Shown: positions 1-10,715, counted from the stretch's first letter. The stretch: DNA of 64,000 nucleotides from an uncultured Acidimicrobiaceae bacterium (GCA_963831155.1 CAWHOY010000008.1:252281-316280); one strand, 5' to 3'. Notes: generated by a model from the sequence alone, not told the origin. Program-made: numbers and translations.

Positions 1-1
1 G

Positions 2-1278
2 GGTGGTGGAACCGAGGTGTGCACGGCAACCTTGGATGCCAATTTCACGGCGAGCTGCGACGTCGCGACTGCTCCCCTCGGAACCGACCAGGCGATCGCC
101 GCGAGTTACGGGGGCGACTCGAACTTCAACGTTTCGTCAGGCACTGACAGCAGCCAGACGCTGACAGTGACTGAGGCCCCGCAGACGATCGCGTTTGTCG
201 CTGCCGACTTCGGCCACGGTGGGCGGCTCTGCGTCACTCTCGGCAACCGGCGGGGGATCTGGCAATCCGGTGATGTTCTCTGTCGACCCGGCGAGCGGTC
301 CCGAGGTGTGCGGCGTATCCGGGCCAAACGGGACGATGGTGCGATTCTCCTCTGAGGGCACGTGCATCATCGACGCCAACCAGGCAGGGAACACCGACTA
401 CCTGGCCGCCCAGCCGGTCTCCCAGGCCATCTCGGTCACCGTGCCGAGCACCGGGGGTGGCGTGGTGGCTCGGCCCCGTCGCTCGTCATCCTGCCGAACG
501 CGGACCCGCCGGCGGGGCTTTCGTCAGTCGATTTCGGAACTCCGATCTCTTGGGTGATTGGAAGCAGCGCAGCGACCACAATCGAGGTTCCAATCGGCGC
601 TGCAAAGGTCACGGTGACGATCCCGACGGGAGCGCTTCCGACCAACACGACCGTCAGCCTCTACCCCGTCGAAAGCACGAGCCCCATCGCGAGCTCGTTG
701 CCGGCGGGCAAGTCCTACCTCTTCTCGTTCGCGCTTTCCTGGCAAGAACCGGACGGCTCGGTGCCAGCCGCGTCCGAGCCGGTTTCGGTCACGATCGTGG
801 ATCCCGGCATCGTCTGCTGGCGACGTCGTCTATCAGGTGACCTCGGCCGGGCTCCGTCCTCTTGGAAGCAGCGGACAAAGACGGCACGTTGACCGTGGAG
901 TTCACCGACGACCCCGCAGTATTCATCGCTTCGAATCCGCGGATAACGGTTGTGGGTTCACGATTCGTCGTCACGAAAGGGACGTTGCGCCTCACCCTCG
1001 GTTGCTCCAACGTTGGTTGCTCAGGGAAGGCGGCGATTGACGAGCAGGTCCTCGTGCCGTCCAAATCCGAGTCGCGGACGAAGGTAACCAAAGAGGAAGT
1101 CCTGCTCGGACGGGGTTCATACAAGTTCGGAAAGCTGAAAAGACTGACGTTTCACCTGTCGCTCGGCGCGCTCGGCCAGAGTCTGCTCGCTCGAGCGAAG
1201 AGCCATCCGGTCGTCGCCGTGCTGAAGATCACCGTCAACGGCGGCCGCAGCATCACCAGGACCGTCTCGATCCTTTGA
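2..1278 (+). pseudogene. Ig-like-repeat surface/secreted protein, 5'-truncated by the window edge and broken by at least 4 frameshifts
   Basis: Protein-like translation hops frames. Frame 2 reads ..ASYGGDSNFNVSSGTDSSQTLTVTEAPQTIAF. Frame 0 takes over near 197 (SLPTSATVGGSASLSATGGGSGNPVMFSVDPASG..). Frame 2 resumes near 460 in a G-run (GGSAPSLVILPNADPP..TIEVPIGAAKVTVTIP). Frame 0 resumes at about 815 (AGDVVYQVTSAGLRPL). Frame 1 takes over near 860 (EAADKDGTLTVEFTDDPAVFIASNP..) and runs to the stop at 1276-1278. Confidence 0.6.
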
Positions 1279-1340
1279 TCGCGGACCTCGATCGAGGGGC
1301 CGAGATCGCCGGTTCGCAAACCTGGCGTCTCGTCCGCCAG

Positions 1341-2393
1341 GTGCAGCGACACGTGAAGGTGCCGGTGCCGACGGCGTTTGCCGTCGTCGCCCTGCTCTTT
1401 TCGCTGTCCGTCGGCGTACACCCGGCGTCGGCTGTCGCCGCCAAGGCACGCGATGCTCCGCCCCGTCACCTGTCGGCCGTCGGCGGGCTCGAGGAATTTT
1501 CGGCGGCAGTGGCGAGCCGGACGCGGTGCTCATGGGATTCGGTTCCGAGCATCGTGGGATTTGCAAAATCCCTGCCCTGCGGCCCAGGCATCGTCTCTCG
1601 TTCCAACCGCTTCGAGATGAATGATTCGCCCAATGCGGAGTCCTGGCTCGTCACCTTGACCGTTTTCGGCGCGCACACGCGTGTCATCCACTGGACGGTC
1701 AGCGAGGCTGCTCCGGATATCACGTACTCGGCGAGTGTCGGTCCCAGCGTGACGCAAAGCCCGGTCAATCCGTTCGAGGCGACCTACTCCTATTCCGCCG
1801 ATGCGATCGCAACCGCCGACCAGACATCCGTCGATCTCGACGCGATCGGCAAGCTGCCAGACGGAGTCCTGCAGCTCCTCAGCGGTGGCTCGCCCGCCTG
1901 TTCGACTGACGTCGGCGACACCGTGACGAGCGGCGAGTGCACGATCGACTACATGACCCTCGGCCAGCACTCCGTCACCGCTCGTTACGAGCCAGACGCC
2001 CCGACGGCCAATGATCCGTTCGAGACCTCGGAGGCAACGATCAACTCTTACTCGACGTCGACATCGGAGAACATCACAAACGGCGGGTCGACGTACGGGC
2101 TCGATAACGGCACCTACACTCTCTACTCCGCCACGTACACCGTGACTGCGAATACGGTCGATCAGTACGGTTACTCGGTCGCGTCCGTTTTCGGGTCCTG
2201 GTCGTTTCAGCTCTCAGGTGTCGCCGCCGACGGCAACACCTTCGAGACGACGATCACGCCTCCACCCGGCCAGACCAGCTGCATGATCACCATCTCCGCG
2301 ACGCTTTATGACGACTATTCATCCCAGTCGTCGAGCGTGTCGTCATCGGATTGTTCCGGTGGACTCAACACCGGCGATGCCGAAGCACCCTGA
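1341..2393 (+). CDS. hypothetical secreted protein (Ser/Thr/Tyr-rich, no recognisable catalytic motif)
   Basis: ORF 1275-2393. GTG starts at 1341 or 1353 precede a signal-peptide-like VKVPVPTAFAVVALLFSLSVGVHPASA. Composition is coding-like throughout. Confidence 0.55.
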   Translation: MQRHVKVPVPTAFAVVALLFSLSVGVHPASAVAAKARDAPPRHLSAVGGLEEFSAAVASRTRCSWDSVPSIVGFAKSLPCGPGIVSRSNRFEMNDSPNAESWLVTLTVFGAHTRVIHWTVSEAAPDITYSASVGPSVTQSPVNPFEATYSYSADAIATADQTSVDLDAIGKLPDGVLQLLSGGSPACSTDVGDTVTSGECTIDYMTLGQHSVTARYEPDAPTANDPFETSEATINSYSTSTSENITNGGSTYGLDNGTYTLYSATYTVTANTVDQYGYSVASVFGSWSFQLSGVAADGNTFETTITPPPGQTSCMITISATLYDDYSSQSSSVSSSDCSGGLNTGDAEAP

Positions 2394-2611
2394 GTCCGGG
2401 GAACAACGTGTCGGGATGGTTCGTGACGACCGTATTCGGTTCGACCTCAGCCGGATTTTCCGGTTCGTCGAGCGGCAGGCAGGACATCGTCTGCGAGGAG
2501 CCGGGCGACTAGCCAGGAACGGGCTTCGAAGACTCGGCTGAAACCTGACCCAAATTCGAATATCGGTCGGTTCACGTGCCTTCTGTCTTCCCCAGCCGCC
2601 CGGATCGATCG

Positions 2612-3785
2612 TTACGGGCGTACTCGGTACAAGGTCGCGGACAAACTCTGGCCCCCGATGAGCAGGTACAGCGCACCCTCGAACACGACACTTGCCTGAA
2701 CGGTTCCTCTCGCCGTGCTGCAGGGAAGCGATCTTCGATTCCGTGCCCTTCGACGGATTGAACTCAAAGATCTGCACCTTGGTGACATTCGAAGTGCTGG
2801 ACCCGTGTGTATTCCGTCGTGATGAAGAACAGGCTGCGGTTGGTGTCGACAAGGACCGGCTGTCCGTCGAATGGTTCTTGTCCGGTCTCGATCGGCATAA
2901 TCGTCTTCGACCCGACGGTGACAACGTGAGGCTTGGCGGTGGGCCCGTTGAAGGAATCGGTGACCTCGGTGCCAGAGTTGTTCGTACCGACGAGCGTTCG
3001 CCCACGCGCTGATGCCCGGCGGCAGCGAGCCAAGTTACATAGTCGCCGTTTTTGACCACAACCTTCGGGTATCTCGATCGGGTACCGACGAAGTAAAGCA
3101 GTGCCGGCGGCTTCGAACCCGACCAAGAGGTGTCTTCACTCCGGGCCATCCAGAGCCCATCCGCATCCGCCGCGAGCTCGACTAGCGGAAGTGACGGGAC
3201 GGTGATCGTCGCGGATACCTGACCCGTCGATTCGTCGATCCGCAGCACCTCCGGTGACCGACGGATCGACGCCACGCCCGTCGACAGCGCCGTGTCGTAC
3301 AGCCAGAGGTACCCGCCTCCGTAGGTCCATTCCGGCAGCGAGGCGGAATCGTTCTCATAACGCATCACGACCGGACCTAAGTGAACAGCCCCGGCGACTC
3401 GAGTCGTTGTCGCGATCCGCACGAGCCCGATAGTCGATTTCGGGGCGACAGATTCGACAGGCATGATGCTCTGCCCGTCGAGCGCCGGATTCGTGCAGGA
3501 CGTTTCGCGGTTCGAGATGACGCGCCATGAGATTGGATTGACGATGGCGATCTGGCACACCGTTCTCGAGGTCAGATCCCCTACGACGATCTCTCCGTCA
3601 GCAATACCGAGGCTGCCGGTATAGAAGGCCGACGAGAGGACCGGCACCTGAATGTGCGCGACCTGGGCGGCGGGTTGGGACGAATGGATGCCGACCGACA
3701 CAGGCGAACGCGGTATCGGTGCGATCAATCCGCCCGCCGCGAGCGTCGCAGCAACGAGTGCCCAGTGTCCGATTCGAAGCGTCAC
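2612..3785 (-). pseudogene. secreted protein (signal peptide plus beta-rich body) disrupted by about 3 frameshifts
   Basis: The N-terminus is MTLRIGHWALVAATLAAGGLIAP... The sensible translation leaves the 3785 frame near 3008-3020 (..DYVTWLAAAG then ASARGRTLVGTNNSGTEVTDSF..). It returns near 2802-2808 (..FFITTEYT then GSSTSNVTKVQIFEFNPSKGTESKIASLQHGE). It shifts again near 2700-2715 (GTVQASVVFEGALYLLIGGQSLSATLYRVRP, stop TAA at 2612-2614). The uninterrupted 480-aa ORF tail is Arg/Pro-rich nonsense. Confidence 0.55.
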
Positions 3786-4038
3786 TTCGAGATGATCGCG
3801 CGATTCGAGGCGGTGATTCTGGCGCCCATCCCCAAATCACCAGCGTGAGGCGCTGAATTTACAGGGACAACGCGCCGTAATTACAGGCAGGAAGACAACT
3901 GCGAGCCGGTAACGCGCACGGACGTTGAGTTGGATCTGAGATTGCCCGGAGTGAAGCCGCGATTGAGCCGGCGACACAGCAGGCGACATCTCGGTTCCGC
4001 CGTGATCGAGGTTCGGCTCCGAGGACCGACGGATACCG

Positions 4039-4890
4039 ATGAACACGAAAACCAGGCGAGTGCGGAGAGCTCCGCCGTCAGAACGAGCCAGGAGCGAGCT
4101 CGCTCACCTGCTGTCGGCTGGTGCCGGAAGAAATGAGAACCTCGTTTCGCAATTCGCGAAGGCCGCGACCCGTGCCGTCGTTCAGCAGCTCTTGGAAGCC
4201 GAGCAAGCTGAATTCCTAGGCGATCGCGGCCGTTATGCACGGCGCGCCGACACGCGAGGATCTCGAAACGGCTACGAGCCCCTCCGTCTTCGCACAGAAG
4301 AAGGCGAGATAAAGATTTCGGTGCCCCAGGTGCGCAACCTCGGCAAGCCCTATCGTTCGCGATTCGTGCGACACATCGCTGACGACTCTGACGCCCTCGA
4401 GCGAACCCTCTTGGATGCGTATGAGTGGTCGCTGTCGCCGCAGGATGCAGGGCGCGCCTTCAAGGACGCGAAGGGCGTCGCCCTCATCTCAGCTTCTGCT
4501 GCTTCCGAAGTGATCGGGCAGATTTCCTCTGACCTGAAGTCGTTCTTCGATCGCGATCTCTCAGAGGTGGCAATCGAGCACGTCTTCTGCGACGTCGTGC
4601 TCGAGTCCTCAAAACGACAAGGGGACAATCGCGCCCTCCTCGTCGTCTGGGCGATCGACGGCATTGGGAAAAAGCATCTGTTGCACTTGACCGTTGGCGA
4701 CAAGACGTCCGAGGCCGCCTGGGAGACGCTGCTCCGCGACGTGATCGACCGGAACTCTCGAACGCCGAAAACTGTGACGACGAATGGGGCGGCCGGAACG
4801 ATTGAGGCTGTCGAGACCGTGTTCCCGAAGTCCGTCCGCCTCCGCCATTGGTTCGATCGGCCGACCGAACGCACCAAGGGAATCGAGTAG
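4039..4890 (+). mobile_element. IS256-family (Mutator-type) transposase gene, C-terminally truncated or degenerate remnant
   Basis: The N-terminal two-thirds look like IS256 transposases (..LLEAEQAEFLGDRGRYARRADTRGSRNGYEPLRLRTEEGEIKISVPQVRN..LLVVWAIDGIGKKHLLHL..). The ORF stops at 283 aa, where full-length relatives continue for more than 100 aa. Downstream frames are only weakly protein-like. Confidence 0.7.
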
Positions 4891-5437
4891 TCCTTCCAGA
4901 GCCACGCGACGAGGATGAGCCACGGTCCCGTTCTCCGAACAAGCGATGCACGGACGGTCCTCCCTATGGCGGTTCGGCCAAGAGCGGTGCCACCCGCCCG
5001 ACTCGACGAGCGCTGTGCGCATGACCAGCAGCGAGGCGTGTGTGAACGAGCGCTTTCCCGCCACGCGCAGCCTGAGTCGCTGGAGTCGACGTCATTCGAC
5101 GGGTGCGCGTGCCTGCCCGATTCGCGCGTAACGCGATTTACAGATGACTCATTCGAAGCGACTAGCGCGTGAACGGTTAGTTACAGGACTGTTTGCACTA
5201 TTGACGTGGGATTTTGCCAAATTTTCTAGCTCAAATGCAGTCGGCGCTGTGATAAAAACAGGTCACAGGTGAGTGGGTGAAAAACCGGTCGTCGTCACAG
5301 GCGTGGCCGGGCTTCGGCGCTGGGGGTCTGGGGGGTCGGCGGTGCGCTTGTCGGACGTCGTGAAGACGTGCGAAGTCGCGCCCCCGATCGCTTCAAGGAT
5401 TCCGCAGACGTCGCTTTGACCGGACCCGGACGGGAAT

Positions 5438-5707
5438 GTGAAGGGTATGAGCGTCATGAGCTTGGAGGCCTTCGAGAAACTGAGTCCGCGCGAGCAACGC
5501 GTGCTGATGAAACTGATGCGCGGCACAACCGCTCGGCAGATCTGCAAAGAGGATTGCGTCTCTCTGCCCACGGTGAGAAGCCAAATCCACGCCATCATTT
5601 CGAAGCTTGGCGTCAGAACGCAGCTTGCCGCTGTCGTTCTTGCCTATCAGTCGGGGTGGCCTCCCGCCGATGATGACTGGCACGAGGAGCGGTCCGCGGT
5701 CGTCTAG
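5438..5707 (+). CDS. LuxR/GerE-type helix-turn-helix protein with no receiver domain (solo)
   Basis: 89 aa. LSPREQRVLMKLMRGTTARQICKEDCVSLPTVRSQIHAIISKLGV matches the GerE HTH pattern. The start is uncertain (GTG 5438, ATG 5447 or ATG 5456). Confidence 0.7.
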   Translation: MKGMSVMSLEAFEKLSPREQRVLMKLMRGTTARQICKEDCVSLPTVRSQIHAIISKLGVRTQLAAVVLAYQSGWPPADDDWHEERSAVV

Positions 5708-5743
5708 GCGTTGAGCCGCGTCGCTGTGAATAAGTCCGACACC

Positions 5744-7435
5744 TCAGCGGGACAGCAGCGCCCCGACTGCGATTCGCAGCGATTCGAGTTCCTCGTTGGC
5801 GTGACGATGCGTGAGATCGAGGTCGCCTAGTCCAACCGGTGCCGACTTCACCTCGAGGTAGGCCTTCAGCTTGCGTTCGGTCCCGCTCGGGCGAACGACG
5901 ATCCGTGCGTCGTCGTCGGTGAAGAAAGCCAGCACGTCTGAGGGGGGCAAACCGCGCCCGCCCCGCAGGTAGTCGACAACGACTGCCACTTTGCGGCCCG
6001 CGATCGCTGTCGGAGGAGTCTTGCGCAGGTCCGCCATCGTCTCTTCGATCTCGGCAATTCCTTCGGGTCCTTCGCGGCGCAGCGCAAGCTGGGCGGTCGC
6101 GTGGACCCCGAAGCGTCGCTCGAGATCGTCGAGCGAGTCGAGGAGTGTGCGGCGGCGCGCCTTTTCGTGTGCCGCGAGCCCCGCCACGACGAGCGCGGCG
6201 GTGATCCCGTCCTTGTCGGCGACCGCGTCCGACACTGCAAAGCCCAGCGCCTCTTCGTATCCGAACAGCAATCGATGGCCGGGCCGCTTTCGGTGCGCGC
6301 GGGCGATCCATTTGAATCCCGTGAGCGTTTCCTCGAACGCCACGCCGGCATCTTCGGCAATCGCACCGAGCATCCGCGAGGAAACGATCGTCGTCGCGAC
6401 GAGCCGGTCCGCACCCGCGTTCGTCGCGATGAGGTGGCCGCCGAGGATCGAACCGAGCTCGTTTCCTGAAAGGACGCGATAACGGCCCGGTGCTTCGCGC
6501 ACGGCGATCGCGAGGCGGTCTGCATCGGGGTCGTTCGCGATGAGGAGGTCGACGTCGTGCTTGATCGCCTCCGCGAGGGCGAGGTCGAGCGCGCCGGGTT
6601 CTTCGGGGTTCGGGAACGCGACGGTAGAGAAGTCAGGATCGGGCTCGATCTGTGCGGGCACCGGAATGAGCGGCGCGAATCCTGCCCGAACGAAGAGATC
6701 TGGCACGACCGCGCCGCCGACTCCGTGCATCGGCGTGTACACGCACGAGAGTTCGCGCTCCGGGGTCGGCGCGAGCAGCGCGATCGCCAACTTCGCGTAG
6801 GCGTCCAAAAGCGCGTGCTCGTCGACGCTCACGATGCGCGCCGACGCGTCTGGCGAAAGAGGTTCGACCGGCGGCGCGCCGAGATGTGCGCTCAATTCGG
6901 CGATGCGCTCGTCGTCGGGCGGGATGATCTGCGCGCCATCGGACGCGTAGACCTTGTAGCCGTTGTCCGCCGGGGGGTTGTGGCTCGCTGTAACCATCAC
7001 ACCGGCCGCCGTCTGAAGGTGGCGAACTGCGAAGGCGATGATCGGTGTCGGCAAATGATGCGCGAAGCGGTGAACGTGCACGCCCGCCGAGGCCGCGACC
7101 TCGACGGTGTCGTTGGAGAATGACTCAGAGCCATGCCTTGCGTCGCGGCCGACGACGATCCCGGCACGCAACGCGTCGGCGCCGCGTTCGCGGATCCATG
7201 CCGCGACGCCGGCTGTCGTCTGGCGCACGACGACGCGATTCATGCGGGCCGGCCCGGGTCCGAGTGCCCCGCGTAAGCCTGCGGTGCCGAAAACGAGTGG
7301 CTCGTTGAAGCGCTCTTCGATCGCCGCGAGATCTCCCGCCGCGAGGAGTCGCTCGAGCTCCGCGCGGGTCTCGGGATCGGGATCCGCGTCTGCCCAGGCG
7401 CGGGCGCGAGACCCGAGGTCACCGTCGGGTCGCAT
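5744..7435 (-). CDS. phospho-sugar mutase (phosphoglucomutase/phosphomannomutase family; phosphopentomutase-like context)
   Basis: 563 aa with the active-site loop TASHNPPADNGYKVY. It sits 3 nt upstream of the purine nucleoside phosphorylase gene. Confidence 0.9.
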   Translation of the reverse strand: MRPDGDLGSRARAWADADPDPETRAELERLLAAGDLAAIEERFNEPLVFGTAGLRGALGPGPARMNRVVVRQTTAGVAAWIRERGADALRAGIVVGRDARHGSESFSNDTVEVAASAGVHVHRFAHHLPTPIIAFAVRHLQTAAGVMVTASHNPPADNGYKVYASDGAQIIPPDDERIAELSAHLGAPPVEPLSPDASARIVSVDEHALLDAYAKLAIALLAPTPERELSCVYTPMHGVGGAVVPDLFVRAGFAPLIPVPAQIEPDPDFSTVAFPNPEEPGALDLALAEAIKHDVDLLIANDPDADRLAIAVREAPGRYRVLSGNELGSILGGHLIATNAGADRLVATTIVSSRMLGAIAEDAGVAFEETLTGFKWIARAHRKRPGHRLLFGYEEALGFAVSDAVADKDGITAALVVAGLAAHEKARRRTLLDSLDDLERRFGVHATAQLALRREGPEGIAEIEETMADLRKTPPTAIAGRKVAVVVDYLRGGRGLPPSDVLAFFTDDDARIVVRPSGTERKLKAYLEVKSAPVGLGDLDLTHRHANEELESLRIAVGALLSR

Positions 7436-7438
7436 GGG

Positions 7439-8260
7439 TCAAAGCCTCTCGACTACGCCCGCCACGAGACGGGTGAGTGCCGGGGAGGCGGCGGCTCCGG
7501 CGGCGAGCACCTCGGCGTGGTCGAGCGGGGTGCGGGACACCCCCGCCGCGAGGTTCGAGACGAGCGAGATGCCGAGGACTTCGGCTCCCAAGTGCCGGGC
7601 CGCGATCGCTTCGAGCGTTGTCGACATGCCAACGAGATCCGCGCCGAGCGCGCGCAACATCGCGACTTCGGCCGGCGTTTCGTAGCTCGGGCCGAGCACG
7701 CCGGCGTAGACACCCTCAGCGAGTGACGGGTCGACCTCGCGGGCGAGGCGACGCAGACGCTCCGGGTACAAAGTGGTCAGGTCGATAAAGCGCGGGCCAA
7801 GCTCTTCGGGCGGCGGCGGGCCTGTGAGCGGGTTCCGGCCGGTGAGGTTGAGCTGGTCGCGGAGCAGTACCGGCTGGCCGGGGCGCATTTGCGGGTCGAT
7901 ACCGCCCGCCGCGTTCGTGAGGATCACGACGGGGACGCCGGCGAGCACGGCGACGCGGACAGGGTGGACGACTTCGGCCTCGCTTCGCCCCTCATAAAGA
8001 TGATTGCGGCCGAGCAGTACGAGCACCCGGCGGTCGCCGACCTCGACGGAACGGAGCTCGCCGTGGTGGCCGGCCACGGTCGGGGCGGCAAACCCGGGCA
8101 ACTCTGAGGTCGACACCGAAGCGAGCGTCTTGCCGAGCGCGTCGGCGGCGGGCAGCCAGCCGGAACCGAGGACGACCGCCGCGACGTGTCCGCCACCGCC
8201 AGTCCGTTCCGAAAGCTTCGCTGCGGCCGTTGCGGCGAGCGCATATGGATCGTCGGCCAT
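7439..8260 (-). CDS. punA: purine nucleoside phosphorylase
   Basis: [76 protein letters not shown]. The start is taken at ATG 8260; the ORF is open to 8371. Confidence 0.88.
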   Translation of the reverse strand: MADDPYALAATAAAKLSERTGGGGHVAAVVLGSGWLPAADALGKTLASVSTSELPGFAAPTVAGHHGELRSVEVGDRRVLVLLGRNHLYEGRSEAEVVHPVRVAVLAGVPVVILTNAAGGIDPQMRPGQPVLLRDQLNLTGRNPLTGPPPPEELGPRFIDLTTLYPERLRRLAREVDPSLAEGVYAGVLGPSYETPAEVAMLRALGADLVGMSTTLEAIAARHLGAEVLGISLVSNLAAGVSRTPLDHAEVLAAGAAASPALTRLVAGVVERL

Positions 8261-8408
8261 CGCCGCCGAAGCTAGCTTTTCGGCTCGCCGCGGTCCCCGC
8301 TGACAGGGACGTTTCGCGCCCTTCGTCTTGCTCGTTGCCCCTCGCCGAGGGAAGCTGACCACGGTATTCACCCGCCGGAGGGTTGGACGAGGGAGGAGCT
8401 GGAGAGCG

Positions 8409-9251
8409 ATGCCAGAGATCGTGAACGTCGGCCTCGTGCAACACCACTGGACGGGAGATAAGGCCTCGATGATCGAGGCGAACGTCGCGATGGCCCGGGA
8501 CGCCGCCGCGCAGGGTGCTCAGGTCTTGTGCTTCCAGGAGCTCTTCTACGGGCCGTACTTCTGTCAGGTGCAAGAGACCGAGTACTTCTCGTTCGCGGAG
8601 CGCGTCCCCGACGGACCGACGACGAAGCTGATGACCGATCTCGCTCGCGAGCGGAAGATGGTCCTCGTCGTTCCGGTCTACGAGGAGGAAATGCCGGGAG
8701 TGCTCTACAACACGGCCTTTGTGATCGACGCCGACGGGAGCTATCTCGGCAAATACCGCAAGCACCACATCCCGCAGGTAAAGGGTTTCTGGGAAAAGTT
8801 CTATTTCCGCCCGGGCAACCTCGGGTACCCCGTGTTTGACACAGCGGTCGGGCCGGTCGGCGTCTACATCTGTTACGACCGCCATTTCCCCGAAGGTTGG
8901 CGCGCCCTCGGCCTTGGCGGCGCACGGATCGTCTTCAATCCGTCGGCGACGAGCCGCAGCCTCTCGCAATACCTCTGGCAGCTCGAACAGCCGGCCGCCG
9001 CCGTGGCGAACCAGTACTTCGTCGCGGCGATCAATCGCGTCGGTCAGGAGCCGCTCGGCGACGACGACTTCTACGGCACGTCCTACATTGTCAACCCCCG
9101 CGGCCAGCTCGTCGGCGACGCGGCGTCCGACGTGAAAGACGAAGTCATCGTCCGCGGCTGTGACATGTCGATGCTCGAGGACGTCCGCGGCGTGTGGGCC
9201 TTTTACCGCGATCGCCGGCCCGATTCCTACGGATCGCTCTGTCAGGCCTGA
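8409..9251 (+). CDS. carbon-nitrogen hydrolase (nitrilase superfamily), probable beta-ureidopropionase / N-carbamoyl amidohydrolase
   Basis: The Glu-Lys-Cys triad contexts are CFQELF, YRKHHIP and [14 protein letters not shown] 8409 ([11 protein letters not shown]). It lies directly upstream of dihydropyrimidinase. Confidence 0.8.
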   Translation: MPEIVNVGLVQHHWTGDKASMIEANVAMARDAAAQGAQVLCFQELFYGPYFCQVQETEYFSFAERVPDGPTTKLMTDLARERKMVLVVPVYEEEMPGVLYNTAFVIDADGSYLGKYRKHHIPQVKGFWEKFYFRPGNLGYPVFDTAVGPVGVYICYDRHFPEGWRALGLGGARIVFNPSATSRSLSQYLWQLEQPAAAVANQYFVAAINRVGQEPLGDDDFYGTSYIVNPRGQLVGDAASDVKDEVIVRGCDMSMLEDVRGVWAFYRDRRPDSYGSLCQA

Positions 9252-9260
9252 GGAGCGATC

Positions 9261-10664
9261 GTGCGGACCCACATCGCGAACGGGACGGTCGTCAGCGCCA
9301 CGGGGACGGCGCAGTTGGACGTGCTCATCGAAGACGAACATGTCGCCGCCCTGGCGGGACCGGGATCAGAGATCTCCGTCGCCTTTGCCGACCGCGCCGA
9401 CCGGCGGATCGACGCGAGCGGAAAGCTCGTCATACCCGGTGGGATCGACGTGCACACCCACTTCGACATGCCTTTTGGCGGCACGATGTCGAATGACACC
9501 TTCGAATCGGGAACGACGGCCGCGGCGTTCGGGGGGACGACGGCGATCATCGACTTCGCGATCCAAAGCAAAGGACACAGCCTGCGCGAGGGTTTGGACA
9601 CCTGGACCAAGAAGGCGTCGGGCAACTGCGCGATCGACTACGGCTTCCACGTGATCGTCAGCCAAGTCGACGAGCAGTCCTTGAAGGAGATGGACCTGCT
9701 CGTCGACGAGGGCATCACGAGCTTCAAGCTCTTCATGGCCTACCCCGGCGTCTTGTACTCGACCGACGGCGAGATCTTCCAGGCGATGCAGAAGGCGGCG
9801 TCGAACGGTGCGACGATCATGATGCACGCCGAGAACGGGATCGCGATCGACGTCCTGGTCGCGCAAGCTTTGGCGCGCGGCGAGACCGATCCGAAGTACC
9901 ACGGCATGACGCGGCCCCCCGAGTTCGAGGGCGAAGCCGCCTTCCGCGCGATCCAGCTCGCCCGTGTCGCCGGTTCGCCCCTCTACATCGTCCACCTCAC
10001 GGCGATGCAGGCACTTGCCGCCGTCACCCAAGCCCGCGACGAAGGCTTGAACGTCTTCGCCGAGACCTGCCCGCAGTACCTTTTCCTCTCGGACGCGGAT
10101 ATGGCGAAGCCGGGCTTCGAAGGCGCGAAGTACGTCTGCTCGCCACCGCTCCGATCCGCAGAACACCACGCCGCGTTGTGGCGGGGACTGCGGACGAACG
10201 ACCTGTCAGTTATCTCGACCGACCACTGCCCGTTCTGCTTCAAGGGGCAGAAAGATCTCGGGCGGGGCGACTTCACGAAGATCCCGAACGGCCTCCCGGT
10301 GGTCGAGAACCGCATGGAGCTCATCTACCAGGGGGTCGTGCGCGGCGAGATCACGACGCCGCGCTGGGTGGAGATCTGCGCGACGACGCCGGCACGCATG
10401 TTCGGCCTCTATCCGAAAAAAGGGGTCATCCAGCCCGGATCCGATGCCGACATCGTCGTCTACGACCCGGATGCGACCCACGTCATCTCGGCGGCGACGC
10501 ATCACATGCGCGTCGACTATTCGTTGTTCGAAGGACTCGAGGTGACGGGCCAAGTCGAGACGGTGCTCTCGCGGGGCGAGGTCGTGATCGACAAGGGAAC
10601 GTTCACCGGGCGCACGGGCCGCGGCCGTTTCCTCGAGCGGGGGACGAACCAGTACCTGGTATGA
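9261..10664 (+). CDS. dihydropyrimidinase / D-hydantoinase (cyclic amidohydrolase)
   Basis: 467 aa with GGIDVHTHFDMPFGG, SFKLFMAY (carboxylated-Lys context) and MMHAENG. Confidence 0.9.
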   Translation: MRTHIANGTVVSATGTAQLDVLIEDEHVAALAGPGSEISVAFADRADRRIDASGKLVIPGGIDVHTHFDMPFGGTMSNDTFESGTTAAAFGGTTAIIDFAIQSKGHSLREGLDTWTKKASGNCAIDYGFHVIVSQVDEQSLKEMDLLVDEGITSFKLFMAYPGVLYSTDGEIFQAMQKAASNGATIMMHAENGIAIDVLVAQALARGETDPKYHGMTRPPEFEGEAAFRAIQLARVAGSPLYIVHLTAMQALAAVTQARDEGLNVFAETCPQYLFLSDADMAKPGFEGAKYVCSPPLRSAEHHAALWRGLRTNDLSVISTDHCPFCFKGQKDLGRGDFTKIPNGLPVVENRMELIYQGVVRGEITTPRWVEICATTPARMFGLYPKKGVIQPGSDADIVVYDPDATHVISAATHHMRVDYSLFEGLEVTGQVETVLSRGEVVIDKGTFTGRTGRGRFLERGTNQYLV

Positions 10665-10715
10665 GGTGTTCAGGCGCCCGGCGTGCGAGACAGGCGGCGG
10701 GCTGAGGAGGACCAA

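Noticed and set aside
4915-5172. ORFs 4915-5172 and 4946-5131 as the missing C-terminal part of the IS256 transposase.
   Set aside because: The resemblance to the expected C-terminal region is only faint, too weak and too short to restore a full-length enzyme. They are treated as degenerate remnant sequence.
7992-9341. Long antisense or off-frame ORFs throughout the window. Examples: 5613-6311(-), 7992-9341(-), 10206-11282(-), 15822-17297(-), 18234-19553(-), 19276-20511(-), 26210-27484(-), 27656-29035(+), 47200-48381(+), 55939-57324(-) and 61369-62679(-).
   Set aside because: Their translations are Arg/Pro/Gly/Ala-rich with no motifs. Each is fully overlapped by a recognisable enzyme gene in another frame or strand. 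This is the classic high-GC open-frame artefact.
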